Source: an uncultured delta proteobacterium
GTDB taxonomy: Bacteria; Desulfobacterota; Desulfobaccia; Desulfobaccales; 0-14-0-80-60-11
Direction: 5' to 3'
Assembly (NCBI GenBank): GCA_963812015.1
Contig: CAWETI010000002.1
Span: forward strand, 672,001 to 736,000
Length of the DNA: 64,000 nucleotides
In this document: positions 42,173-52,077 of the stretch, piece after piece
Layout of the letters: every line of letters begins with the position of its first letter
How positions within the stretch are numbered: position 1 is the stretch's first letter
Program-made: the position numbers and the translations under genes
Notes under the pieces: model-generated
The model's input: only the letters and a program-made list of their open reading frames with translations
The model's database searches: none
What the model was told of the DNA's origin: nothing

Positions 42173-42481
42173 TTAACCCTTATCAGCGTCTTCCTTTTCT
42201 TCCTCTGAAATAGCCTGGGCCAGCTTTTTCCCTGCATCGGTCAAGGTGACAGCCGTTCGATAATGGGTAAGTTTTTCCTGCCAGTATTCAATCAAGCCAC
42301 GCCAGAACAGGCGGGTTAGGCTTCTGGATAAGGCACTATGAGCTGCGGCATATCGACACTTATCAGAAACGGCCCCAGGCTGAACCTCCCATAGGGTTAA
42401 TAGGTTTTGGCATGTTACCAACTTTCCCTGCAGGACATACGTCAGAATCCGCTTTTGAACAAGCGATAGTCCCCGGCCCAT
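42173..42481 (-). CDS. Hypothetical winged-helix-like protein
   Basis: SRSLTRL..RGLI...LTDAG; GGAGG RBS. Confidence 0.6.
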   Translation of the reverse strand: MGRGLSLVQKRILTYVLQGKLVTCQNLLTLWEVQPGAVSDKCRYAAAHSALSRSLTRLFWRGLIEYWQEKLTHYRTAVTLTDAGKKLAQAISEEEKEDADKG

Positions 42482-42484
42482 AGG

Positions 42485-42823
42485 CTAACCTCCTATGCAC
42501 TTCGACAAAATCCTCAGTGCTTTTAGCTGTTGAAGCTCAGATTTGTTATTGTCGGCCATGTCTACAATAGCCTGGGCAATCTTCAGCTCTCGAGCTCCCG
42601 CACGGCGGAAAAAAGCTTTAGGGCTGGCGCTAAATTTATTCAAGATTGCCCTTCCGGTGTTGCAAAGGGCTTGGTCACTGGACCCTCGGTAGCCTGCAGC
42701 CCTGGCCGAATCTTTTATTGAAAACCCGGAAAAATATAGTTCCAAGAACGTGATCTGACGCGGCAAGAATTTGAAATCTTCTTTATCATTGTAGGACATT
42801 GGGTTACCCATGCCCAAATTCAT
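42485..42823 (-). CDS. Terminase small subunit-like HTH protein
   Basis: RQ..F.ELY.SG....SARAAGY and QLKAL.IL resemble TerS motifs. Confidence 0.55.
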   Translation of the reverse strand: MNLGMGNPMSYNDKEDFKFLPRQITFLELYFSGFSIKDSARAAGYRGSSDQALCNTGRAILNKFSASPKAFFRRAGARELKIAQAIVDMADNNKSELQQLKALRILSKCIGG

Positions 42824-43397
42824 CAGGTTCTTTCCCCGCCCCTATACACCGTTGCACATAGCTTATTTTTGCCAATATTTCCTGCAAGATAGATAGTTCT
42901 TGTTTAATGTAGAACTCCTTCAATTCCTGGGTATCCTTACACTCATACAGCAGGCAGCCGCGGGGGGTGCCCAGGCAGAACATATAGACATTGGCCTGGA
43001 TCAGATGCTCAGGTTTCGGCTCATAAGACCCATAGAATTGATTGGCATTCATAGATTTAATTTCCAGAATGCCGTCAATGCCGTTAATCTCTATGATGCC
43101 GTCAGCATGCCCCCTGATCTCATACTCCTCATGTTCCACGGCGACCTCGGTTTCCCGCAGAACCCCGATTTCTTGCAAATACCCCTGCAACCGGCTATGG
43201 ACAGCGTGGCCGTTATCGAAGATCCGGAGAACTCGAGGCTCAAACTCCTGGTTGGCATCGCCCTGGAGGTAATGATGGTACAGTTCCCGCGGTGATTTGT
43301 GTAGGCTGGAGGGGTGGAAGCACCTCCGAGGTCTTTCAGCCCTGGGCCTGGTTTGCAGATATTTGTCAATTGCCTGAATAATCATCACTTCCTCCAT
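42804..43397 (-). CDS. Cas4-like PD-(D/E)XK exonuclease
   Basis: HPSSL, GHAVH, GHADG, EIKS and Q...YM. Confidence 0.8.
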   Translation of the reverse strand: MEEVMIIQAIDKYLQTRPRAERPRRCFHPSSLHKSPRELYHHYLQGDANQEFEPRVLRIFDNGHAVHSRLQGYLQEIGVLRETEVAVEHEEYEIRGHADGIIEINGIDGILEIKSMNANQFYGSYEPKPEHLIQANVYMFCLGTPRGCLLYECKDTQELKEFYIKQELSILQEILAKISYVQRCIGAGKEPDEFGHG

Positions 43398-45529
43398 GTC
43401 TGATCAATCATAAGGTCCACTTCTACTGGGACCGTTTTTAAGAAATCCTTACCTGCCCGTATCATCTCGGCTTTGACGATCTCTTTCACGGCCGCCGCCT
43501 GATGCTCCGCGACCTCGATCACTATCTCATCATGAACCAGATTAATGATTTGGGCATCATATGGCCGCAAGGCCTCCATGAGATAATGGATGGCCTTCTT
43601 GAGGATATCCCCGCAAGTGCCCTGTATGGGAGTGTTGCGACCTTTCCGTTCCAGTGACTTTTGGCCTGAAAAGCTGTCTACGGGTGGGTAATAACGCTTC
43701 CGTCCAGACAGGGTCTCGGAATAATGTCGACGCACCGCCTGCATCCCTAAACGCTGCAGGGTGTCCTTGACCCGGGGGTAGGCCCGGAAGTAGGCATGGA
43801 TAAATTTCTCGGCTTGCTCCAAGCCAATACCCAACCGGGCAGCCAAGCCCTTGGCCGTCATCCCATAACACAGGCCAAAGTTAATGGTCTTGGCCACATT
43901 GCGTTGTTCCTTGGTTATCTCCTCAAGGGGTACACCAAACATCTCTGAAGCTGTCCGGGCGTGCAGGTCGTGACCATGGTGATATGCGTCAAGAAAAGCC
44001 GGATCCTGGGAATACTCGGCCAGGATCCGGAGTTCGATCTGTGAGTAGTCAGCAGTGATAATCTGGTACCCTGCCGGCGCCGTGAACAAATCCCTCCATT
44101 CCTGTTCCTTGGGGATCTGCTGGGCATTGGGTTTCTCACAGGTGAACCTCCCAGCCTCGGTGCCGGTCTGGTAAAAGTCTGGGTGGATTCTGCCGGTGTG
44201 CTTATTGATGTGATCTGGCAGAGGTTTGACGAAGGACGACAGCAGTTTTGATACCTTACGGTGCTCCACCAGAGTCCTGGCGAGGGGATGGTCTATCTTT
44301 GATAGAACTCCAATGCCGGTACTTTCCAGGCTGATTCCCAGGTTGGCAAATATCTCCTTCACCTGGGCAGGTGAGTTAAAGTTAACCTTGGACATGTCTC
44401 CGAAAAGGGTAGGCTCCTTTTCCCCTGCCAGTTCATGTAACTCCGTTTCCAGTTGAGCCAACCTTGCCTCAAGGGTCTTTTTTAGGATCCTGAGTTTGCC
44501 TAAATCTAGCAGCATCCCAGCCAACTCCATGTCGGCCACGGCTGGGGCAATAGCGAATTCCAAAAGAGCCGCGTCCGCCAGACCCGCTTGGGCCAGTTTA
44601 TCAGCCTGCCGCCTAAAGATCGGCTCCAGAACCTTCACATCATTCACGGCATAGTCAAGCTGTGAGCGGCTGATCTCTTTGTCAGAGAATGAATTCTGCT
44701 GAGCCTTGTCCAACTCCAGCCCAAGATACTTTTCCGCCAAAGCCTTTAAGGAAAGGTCACCTTTATCCGACAAGCCGGCGGTCAGCAGCGACTCGGCCAG
44801 ATAGGTGTCGAAGAGGTTCCTGATGGTTAGGTCAGGGAACAGGTGCCGCTTGAGGAACTTGATGTCGAATTTGAGATTGTGGCCTATTTTTAGAATCGCC
44901 TGATCCTCCAGGATGCGCCGGAGAATGCTGAAGCCGAGCTGATCTGGGCCAGCGCTTTTCACATTGATGACGAAAACCTTTTCCCCGGCCATGATCTGCA
45001 CCAGTACCAACTCGGCTGAATAAGGGTCCAGGCCGGTAGTTTCAGTGTCAATGAAGACCTTGCTGACAGAATTTTCCTTGACGTATAAGTCAATTAATTC
45101 AAGTTCTTCGCCGGCCTGGATATGAAAGACTTCCGGGCTGGTGTCTTGATGGGGGGATTCGGAAGTGATGAACGTTCCATCCCAGCGTTTAGATTCTATA
45201 ACCGCCTTGGCCTGATCGGACGATTCCAGGATCAAGGGCATAATGATGGGCAGTTCCTCCGGTATAAAGACCAGGTCGCCCTTCTCACGCCACTTTTTTA
45301 TAGCCGCTCCCTCATCTGGCGCCAGCCAGACATTATCCCCCAGAAGGTCTTGATATTCTAAAGAAACACCCATCCTCACAATTTCTGTAAGTTGACCGGC
45401 AAAGGCCCGGTCAAGAATTGATTTCTTGAAGGCATCGTCGGACTGAGGAGTCGCCGCCACCCCCCCAACCTCCGGCATGACCTCTCCTGCGACCTCATGA
45501 CTGGTGGATGTAGTTCTCAAGACAAGCAT
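43385..45529 (-). CDS. Family A DNA polymerase with 3'-5' exonuclease and no 5'-3' exonuclease
   Basis: DTETTGLD, HNLKFD and YA.ND; polymerase motifs DYSQIELR, R..AK..NFG..YG and VHDE. Confidence 0.95.
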   Translation of the reverse strand: MLVLRTTSTSHEVAGEVMPEVGGVAATPQSDDAFKKSILDRAFAGQLTEIVRMGVSLEYQDLLGDNVWLAPDEGAAIKKWREKGDLVFIPEELPIIMPLILESSDQAKAVIESKRWDGTFITSESPHQDTSPEVFHIQAGEELELIDLYVKENSVSKVFIDTETTGLDPYSAELVLVQIMAGEKVFVINVKSAGPDQLGFSILRRILEDQAILKIGHNLKFDIKFLKRHLFPDLTIRNLFDTYLAESLLTAGLSDKGDLSLKALAEKYLGLELDKAQQNSFSDKEISRSQLDYAVNDVKVLEPIFRRQADKLAQAGLADAALLEFAIAPAVADMELAGMLLDLGKLRILKKTLEARLAQLETELHELAGEKEPTLFGDMSKVNFNSPAQVKEIFANLGISLESTGIGVLSKIDHPLARTLVEHRKVSKLLSSFVKPLPDHINKHTGRIHPDFYQTGTEAGRFTCEKPNAQQIPKEQEWRDLFTAPAGYQIITADYSQIELRILAEYSQDPAFLDAYHHGHDLHARTASEMFGVPLEEITKEQRNVAKTINFGLCYGMTAKGLAARLGIGLEQAEKFIHAYFRAYPRVKDTLQRLGMQAVRRHYSETLSGRKRYYPPVDSFSGQKSLERKGRNTPIQGTCGDILKKAIHYLMEALRPYDAQIINLVHDEIVIEVAEHQAAAVKEIVKAEMIRAGKDFLKTVPVEVDLMIDQTWRK

Positions 45530-45543
45530 GGATTTCTCCTCTT

Positions 45544-45932
45544 AATATGCGACATACGACATATATACGACAAAAGGCCTGTCGTATTTCTCATGTAGAT
45601 GTATCCTTCAAAATCTCATTTACGACACACACGACAGGGGGGAAGAAGAAGCACACTTTTTTTCCATAAACCTCATGGATATACGACATACATACGACAA
45701 ACACTCCAATGTAGATAACATACTAAATTACCTAATTTTATTGCCCATATACGACAAACCTAAAGGTACTAAGAGCAAGAATTTTTATCAGTCCAATTCT
45801 CTGGGCTTTCAGAAAAAAACGTGTCTTCTACCTTTCCCGTGTCGTATGTCGTAAATGAACATATATTCAATGATTACCGCATGTTATTATACGACATTGG
45901 TAATGTCGTATATATGTCGTATGTCGTATATT
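45544..45932. repeat. Putative replication origin: about 15 (T)ACGACA repeats bounded by a 29-bp inverted repeat
   Basis: 45544-45572 and 45904-45932 are reverse complements with one mismatch; AT-rich centre. Confidence 0.8.
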
Positions 45933-45937
45933 CTTCA

Positions 45938-48610
45938 TTACCCATCATCGATGATCTCAATCTGCTCCCCAGAGATGGGGTGCACAAATTGGATCCCCTT
46001 GCAAAGTTCAGGGAAATTGTTGATGAGCGCTTCACCAGCCGGTAGCATTGACTTTTTAGAGAAAATTGGGTTGCTGGCGGTTTCCTCCACTGGTTTGAAA
46101 AACACCTGCCGCCCACGCTTCTTTTTGTCGAGCAGCCCGTTTTCCACTGCTGGTTCCAGCCACCTCTCCACGGTGCGCCGGGTTTTGCCCGCCTTATTCA
46201 CCAACTCGGTCATGGACACCATGGCGTCCATTTCGTTCTCGCTGGTGTAAGCAGCATCTTTCCCCGCATAAATCTCCCGGACCATCTGCACCAGCATCTC
46301 GGTTTTCGGTGAGGTCCCCTCCACCGTCTCGATCAAGGTGCCTTCCAGCAGCTCCTTGACCATGAGGTAATCAACCACCGAGGCCTCCAGGTATTCCTGG
46401 CCATCCTTGCGGACTATCTTCCTCTGGTATTGGTGCAGCAGCGCACAAACCTCGATGGCCATCAGAATGCGTTCAAAGTCCCGGCGGATCCGCACCTTCT
46501 TGACCGGCATGTGCTGGGCTAACCACTTGCTGTAAGGGATGATTACGGGATACGGCTTCAAAACCCGCTGGATGTTCGTCCACCGGTCTATCTCAGCCTG
46601 CGGCAGCCCGGGATTTTCCTTGGCATACTTGTCACCGATTAATTTGATGATGGCCTGGGTTTGACCCTCCGACTCGTCGATGAACAGGGAGAAGATTCTG
46701 GTTTCGTTCTCATCAAATATCTGGGGTTGCGTGGTGGTGGTGATGAAGCCCGTGGGGCCTTCTTTGTCGATGACGACAGTTTCGTATTTACCGTCCACTT
46801 TGGCCGTATACTCATACCGCAGGCGGCCTTCGCTCATCAGGGTGCGGACCAGGTAGTTGATCTCGTCGCTCTGACCTGCGAATTCAAAAAATATAATGAA
46901 TTTATGTCGGAAATCTCTGTCCGAGTAGATGAGGGCCTTATCCGACATGCTGCTGTATTCATAGAAAAATTCTGCGGGGAATACTTTTAAGCACATTTTT
47001 AGAAGCCAGCTTTTCCCGGATGAAGAATCTGCCTTGATGGCCAGGCTGATGAGATTGTCTGCCAACAGACGGGATGTCAGGGCTATCAGCACCAGCCTGA
47101 TGTTCCGCTCCTCTCCCACCACCCCGAGCCGGCCAATAAATTTCCCGTAGTCATAGAGGAGGGACGGGCTCTTTAACAGTTCAATGGCTTTCTCCACCTC
47201 CTCCTTGGAGAGCTGCCGCTCCAGCTTGCCGTCCTTGGGCAGTTCAATGATTTGCTTACGGTACGCCAGGAGACTGCCGATATCTGCATTCTTCAGCTTC
47301 AGGGCCTTTTTCCTAGCCTCCAGGAATTTCTTCGCGGTGCCGGCATCCACACCCGACAAACAGCTGCCGGTGAATTTCTTCAACTGCAGGAAATTCTTGA
47401 ACCCATCCTCCCCCAGGCACAGGTCTTGAAATAACCCTTCCAGGTCCTCCTCCAGTAGGTATGCAAACCGGATAGGTGAAGGTTTCCGCAGTTTCCCGGT
47501 ACCTGGGTCATGGGAGGGCGTGAGGTTGCAGTTGCACAACTCAGCCTGGAAATCCTGGAAGTGCTCCATCACCACCTTCCGCAGAGCCTCACAGCCGTAT
47601 GGGGCCGCCTTCCCTTGGTTCCTTTGGAGATAGTAACGGGTCTTCTCCTCGGAAAAGTCCGGGCAACCGCCGATGATCTGCCGGATAAAGGCCAGATCTT
47701 GGTCCAGGTCACCCAGGGCCAGGGAGAAGGAACTCAGAGCCAGGCGGATCCCATGGGGGAGGTGATTCCCTGCCTTGCCTTTCTGTTTCAGGAACTCCAT
47801 CAGGTAGCAACGCTCAAAGATGCGGTCGCCATTGAGTGGAATTCCAGTGAGTGCACTTGGGCCTGGGGCTATCTCTGCGATTTCCACGGGTATGGCAAGA
47901 AAGTCCTCACGCAGCTTCTCATCAGGGCTGACAAGGAATGAATCAGTTACAAATGCAGATAAACGTTGAGGACGGTCAGCGTAATGAGGCTTATTAAAAA
48001 TCTTGGTGCCGAAAACCTTGACAAGCCTGCGCATGTCGAAGACGGAAGGATCTATCTTCACGCCTTCGGCTGCGAACTTCTCAGAGAACCTGCTCCCCCA
48101 CTTTTTGAGGCGGGCCTGGGCTTCTTTACGATTACTGGCATCAATAGATATCTCCGGGATCGGCATAAAGACCCAGAAGCCATTCCCTGAATCGGCAAGA
48201 ATTGCCTCCCCGTACCCCAAGCCGTTACTCATGGTGCGTTGAATCTCCACAGCAATCTCAAAAACTCGTCCTTTTTCGGCATCAGTAGCATTTAATTTCG
48301 CCGGCGCCATGCTATCCAGGTCGGCATATAAAAACCTTAGCCCGACAATGTCCTCATTAGTAGCTGATCTTGAACTTCCCAGGAGTTTCTGGTCCCTAGG
48401 CTGCAGGCCAGCGTAACACGTGAATCCCTGATGGTTATAGGCGACCACGCTCTCAATGAACGGCTGTTTATCACCCATAGCAAAATACTTGGTGGCCTGA
48501 GCTCCGCTAGGTTTTCTGAAGTATGTTTCAATAACTCCGGTATCGGTTTGAACAAGGTCAAAAAATCTGCCAATATCGGTCAGTTGCTTGCGTGTAATTT
48601 GCACTTCCAT
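45938..48610 (-). CDS. AEP primase + PriL-like Fe-S domain + AAA+ helicase-like fusion
   Basis: YADLD and DSGNG; C..HLPH..R..PDFSEEKTRY..GC..CNC; ADSSSGKS P-loop and ENETR; C-terminal HTH. Confidence 0.75.
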   Translation of the reverse strand: MEVQITRKQLTDIGRFFDLVQTDTGVIETYFRKPSGAQATKYFAMGDKQPFIESVVAYNHQGFTCYAGLQPRDQKLLGSSRSATNEDIVGLRFLYADLDSMAPAKLNATDAEKGRVFEIAVEIQRTMSNGLGYGEAILADSGNGFWVFMPIPEISIDASNRKEAQARLKKWGSRFSEKFAAEGVKIDPSVFDMRRLVKVFGTKIFNKPHYADRPQRLSAFVTDSFLVSPDEKLREDFLAIPVEIAEIAPGPSALTGIPLNGDRIFERCYLMEFLKQKGKAGNHLPHGIRLALSSFSLALGDLDQDLAFIRQIIGGCPDFSEEKTRYYLQRNQGKAAPYGCEALRKVVMEHFQDFQAELCNCNLTPSHDPGTGKLRKPSPIRFAYLLEEDLEGLFQDLCLGEDGFKNFLQLKKFTGSCLSGVDAGTAKKFLEARKKALKLKNADIGSLLAYRKQIIELPKDGKLERQLSKEEVEKAIELLKSPSLLYDYGKFIGRLGVVGEERNIRLVLIALTSRLLADNLISLAIKADSSSGKSWLLKMCLKVFPAEFFYEYSSMSDKALIYSDRDFRHKFIIFFEFAGQSDEINYLVRTLMSEGRLRYEYTAKVDGKYETVVIDKEGPTGFITTTTQPQIFDENETRIFSLFIDESEGQTQAIIKLIGDKYAKENPGLPQAEIDRWTNIQRVLKPYPVIIPYSKWLAQHMPVKKVRIRRDFERILMAIEVCALLHQYQRKIVRKDGQEYLEASVVDYLMVKELLEGTLIETVEGTSPKTEMLVQMVREIYAGKDAAYTSENEMDAMVSMTELVNKAGKTRRTVERWLEPAVENGLLDKKKRGRQVFFKPVEETASNPIFSKKSMLPAGEALINNFPELCKGIQFVHPISGEQIEIIDDG

Positions 48611-48614
48611 CTTT

Positions 48615-49982
48615 TTATCCGTAAGGGACTTCTTCTATTTGATAACCACCATACGCCTGTTGTTTCCGGCTAAAATATTGAGACTCCGCTAATCCGACCA
48701 AAGAATCTACGAAGTCGTAGACAATGGCGTCTTTTTTCCCTTCATGGGTCCGCAGAATTCTCCCGACCTGCTGGCTGACTTTATTGCTGCTTCGAGCCGG
48801 ACACGTCAGGAACAGGCGGTCCAGCCTTTGGATGTCTAAGCCCTCATCTGCAAGTTTGGTGGCGAACAACACGCTGATTTTGCCCGTCGTCATAGCCTCG
48901 ATGGCCTGCCCCCGCTTAGATTTGCTGTCCGTTCCGGTAATCACTGCTGCCTTACCATCCTGGAACATCTTCATAAACAGCCGGTAGAGCTCCTTTATAT
49001 GGTTGATTCGTTCGCTCAGCACCAGGCAAGAATGACCCTCCCAGGCCTCGGCGATGACATGGTTAATGATCAAATTATTCCGTTCCCGGTCCCTCGTGAG
49101 CATAGCCAACAGGTGTCCATAGTCGCGACATTCGGGAAGGTAACAGTTAGTTTGAATTACTCTGATGGTGGGTTTCAGGATATGCCCATTGCTGAACAAC
49201 TCCTCCTGCCCCACCGTTGCTTGGATGGGTCCCATCACGGCATGGAGAATAAAACTCAAAGCATCCCGGCGCTCTGGCGTGGCAGTTAGTCCATAGCGAT
49301 ACAGTGCCGGGAACTGGCTAATCAGGGTCTGGAAGGTGGTGGCTGGGCAATGGTGGCACTCATCTAAGAGTACCAACCCAAATTGGTTGACGAATTGGGA
49401 GCCCAGAGGCTTGGTGAGTGACTGGACCATGCCTATGGTGATCGGTTTGATATCGAACCTATCGGCGCTGATCACCCCCCTTTCCACATCGGTGAAGGTT
49501 CTGACTCTTTCATCCCACTGTTGCAGTAAATCCTTGGTATGAACGAGGATCAGTGAGCGTTGGGCTTGTCTTAAAATTAGTTCGATCCCCATGACCGTTT
49601 TCCCCGCACCAGATGGTGCGTGTAGTAGACCCTGAAACTTCACCGACAGTTGATTTACCGGCTCGACTTGATAATCTTTGAGGGTGATTTGTGATGCGCT
49701 GAACTCAGCAGTTCTGGTGACTGTTCTGTCCTCGATTTGCAGGAAAGGGTTGTTGACGAACAAATTAGCGATAAGGCCACGAGGTAAGATCAGCGAGGAA
49801 CCAGTTTCTTCAACCAGGCAGATGGTTTTAGGGATTCCGAAGGTACTGAAACCAAGACGCTCAGCTTCGGCATGGCGTGGATTTGGATAAGTAAATCGCT
49901 TCTGCAATGCGGCCACGTTCAGGTACGGATTATCAGATTTACATATCTCTAAATAGTTGTGGATAATGATTTTGTTCACCAT
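48615..49982 (-). CDS. SF2 DEAD/DEAH helicase
   Basis: LKDYQ, PSGAGKT, DECHH, TATP.R, EGLD and QQVGRILR. Confidence 0.92.
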   Translation of the reverse strand: MVNKIIIHNYLEICKSDNPYLNVAALQKRFTYPNPRHAEAERLGFSTFGIPKTICLVEETGSSLILPRGLIANLFVNNPFLQIEDRTVTRTAEFSASQITLKDYQVEPVNQLSVKFQGLLHAPSGAGKTVMGIELILRQAQRSLILVHTKDLLQQWDERVRTFTDVERGVISADRFDIKPITIGMVQSLTKPLGSQFVNQFGLVLLDECHHCPATTFQTLISQFPALYRYGLTATPERRDALSFILHAVMGPIQATVGQEELFSNGHILKPTIRVIQTNCYLPECRDYGHLLAMLTRDRERNNLIINHVIAEAWEGHSCLVLSERINHIKELYRLFMKMFQDGKAAVITGTDSKSKRGQAIEAMTTGKISVLFATKLADEGLDIQRLDRLFLTCPARSSNKVSQQVGRILRTHEGKKDAIVYDFVDSLVGLAESQYFSRKQQAYGGYQIEEVPYG

Positions 49983-49998
49983 TGGTCGTCCTAAAGTT

Positions 49999-50024
49999 GC
50001 GGGGGAAGTCGGTGCTTCCCCCGC
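49999..50024 (-). terminator. GC-rich hairpin (possible terminator or processing stem)
   Basis: GCGGGGGAAG-N6-CTTCCCCCGC; weak U tract. Confidence 0.4.
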
Positions 50025-50033
50025 TATCGGTAA

Positions 50034-50645
50034 TTACGCTGTCCACGGGTTTCCAGCGTTCGCCGGCTGAGTTGCTGATACCGTCTCGACAGCAGCCTGG
50101 ATGATTGTCGGATCCGGGTCCGAATCGGTTGGCGGCATCCCGATGACGATGGTGAATACCGCCACGCCGTAGCGCCCTCCCTGTTTACTCGTGCGCGGTA
50201 CCACGCTAATTTTCACCCAGACATCTTCCGGTCTTAGGCCTGAATTCTTCAAATGCCGAAAGAAACTCCCAGCGGCGCTGGCGGAAGTTGGGGACAATGA
50301 CAAGATCGTCGTCTTCTCAGGGTCCTTTATGGCCAGTTCCATCCGGGGCTGATACCCCTCAGGATAGGGCTGACGGGTGAGCGGCATCTTCGACAAGACA
50401 ACGCCCTCAAACTTGCCCAAGTAGGTCTCGATCCCGACGATTCGTCCAGTAATGAACGGGACGGTGTGATCGAACGCTTTGTAATGAATGCCAATTTCTG
50501 TGATCGATGCGAAGTACCCCTCTGGGGCAACGCTCGCCGCCGCCTCAAGATTCTCGTCGGAGATTTTGAGGGTAACCAAATCTTTTCTTTCTTCCTTGAT
50601 GGCCGGAATGTTTGTCGTTACCTTCTTATCATCCTTATCATCCAT
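50034..50645 (-). CDS. Hypothetical protein (possible ssDNA-binding protein)
   Basis: AGGAG RBS; beta-rich core, low-complexity tail ending NPW; position in the replication operon. Confidence 0.6.
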   Translation of the reverse strand: MDDKDDKKVTTNIPAIKEERKDLVTLKISDENLEAAASVAPEGYFASITEIGIHYKAFDHTVPFITGRIVGIETYLGKFEGVVLSKMPLTRQPYPEGYQPRMELAIKDPEKTTILSLSPTSASAAGSFFRHLKNSGLRPEDVWVKISVVPRTSKQGGRYGVAVFTIVIGMPPTDSDPDPTIIQAAVETVSATQPANAGNPWTA

Positions 50646-50746
50646 GCTTCTTCTCCTTTTTCAGTTGGTTTTCCAGGTCGTTTTTGGGTTGCGCTTCTTC
50701 GTCATAGGCCGTTGATTTGATGTTCTTTTCGGGTTTATTTCCGGCA

Positions 50747-50965
50747 TCACCTCCGTTGGTCGCTGTTCTGGTGGGGTCCTTGCTCTTTCAGACCCTGAAG
50801 CCAAGCCTCCAGGTCACTTCGCAGCCAACCGGAGGCTCTGCCTCCAGCTCCAAGCTTCACTCGACGTGGGAAAGTGCCGAGCCGTTCTCTTCGCCAAAGC
50901 GAAGTCCTGCTCAGGCCCACAAGCTTAATCACTTCCTTTTCTCGCAATATCATTGATAGTTCCAT
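50747..50965 (-). CDS. alpA: AlpA family regulator/excisionase
   Basis: LREKEV...GLSRTSLWR....GTFP..VKLG...GW..SDLEAW. Confidence 0.92.
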   Translation of the reverse strand: MELSMILREKEVIKLVGLSRTSLWRRERLGTFPRRVKLGAGGRASGWLRSDLEAWLQGLKEQGPHQNSDQRR

Positions 50966-51165
50966 AGCAAACCCCTCTTGTTTCTGCTAATTGCTCAACA
51001 TGGTCAAATTGAACCATAAAGTTGCGTGCTTTGCGAGAATAATAGCAAGGAAGGTTACTTAAGCGAAAGGGAGGAGTTGAATAGTAAGAAAATACTTAAG
51101 TTAGGAGAATTTGTGATTTGCGTTACAAGGCGGGGCAAAAAAGGTTACTTAGTTCAAAGTGTTAA

Positions 51166-51984
51166 TTATATCATATCCCATGGGTAATCAGGATCAATAT
51201 TCCGCAGTCTCTTCTTAAGGGCTTGGTAGGATATTTTTTTGGAAAGGAATCCTTCTTCAACCAATTTGACAATAACTTGATTCCAGGGGGCGAAATTTTT
51301 CCTGGTTCTCTTTCTTTTCTCCTCGGTGTGCGTTTTGCTTTGCTGTTTTGTATTCTTGAGCGTTTCAGCAGTCACTCGCATTCTATTTCGCAACTGTTCT
51401 TGCAACTCTGCCAATGTATAGGGAATTTCTGGATTAGATGAATTTTCCCGAACCTTCATTTCAGCTAAATAATTCAGGGGGGATTCTTTGGCTAGGGCAG
51501 AACCTGTGATAACCCCACGAAGCTCCAGGACCCTCATCATAAGGGTTATATCTTTGGGGCGCTTCATGCCAGTCTCAATACCCACTATCTTGGTTTCTCG
51601 CAAGACTTCGCGGGCATCGTGCCTTCGGAGCCGTAACATCCGAATCCATTCGACGAAATGGTTCCTAACCCAATGGGGAAGCTCCGGGTGAAAATCGGCG
51701 AACCGAGGTAAAACCTCTGCATATTCTCCGGTGGAATCGAATACAAGGCTGAAGCCGGGCCGCCGAGTTTCGGCAGGACGGCTCCTCAACAGGCCGGACC
51801 TGAGGGCTTTAACGGACAGTTCGTCAATCCTCTTTTGGATCTCATAAAATTCAGGGACCTGAATACCAGTTTTGGGGTCCCCTGGCGGGAGGGCTCTGAA
51901 TTTTTCATTTTCTGCCTTGATTTCCTCGAGAAGGCTCCGTTGTCTTGGAGTAATTGGAGGAAAATCAGGGGTGGAATTTTTCAT
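51166..51984 (-). CDS. Hypothetical protein (candidate island regulator)
   Basis: 272-aa ORF between integrase and alpA; GGAG RBS. Confidence 0.65.
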   Translation of the reverse strand: MKNSTPDFPPITPRQRSLLEEIKAENEKFRALPPGDPKTGIQVPEFYEIQKRIDELSVKALRSGLLRSRPAETRRPGFSLVFDSTGEYAEVLPRFADFHPELPHWVRNHFVEWIRMLRLRRHDAREVLRETKIVGIETGMKRPKDITLMMRVLELRGVITGSALAKESPLNYLAEMKVRENSSNPEIPYTLAELQEQLRNRMRVTAETLKNTKQQSKTHTEEKRKRTRKNFAPWNQVIVKLVEEGFLSKKISYQALKKRLRNIDPDYPWDMI

Positions 51985-52077
51985 CTTGACGACTCCGGTT
52001 CTGCCCTGGATTCCAGGGAAAGCGGCCCAGGATTGCCACCTTGTCGGGAGCGACCTTATCCATGGGAATCTTCTTAT

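Noticed and set aside
43385..45529. Host polA
   Set aside because: No 5'-3' exonuclease domain, and it sits within the mobile backbone.
45544..45932. CRISPR array near Cas4-like genes
   Set aside because: Repeats are about 7 bp, irregular and in both orientations; there are no spacers and no cas1/cas2.
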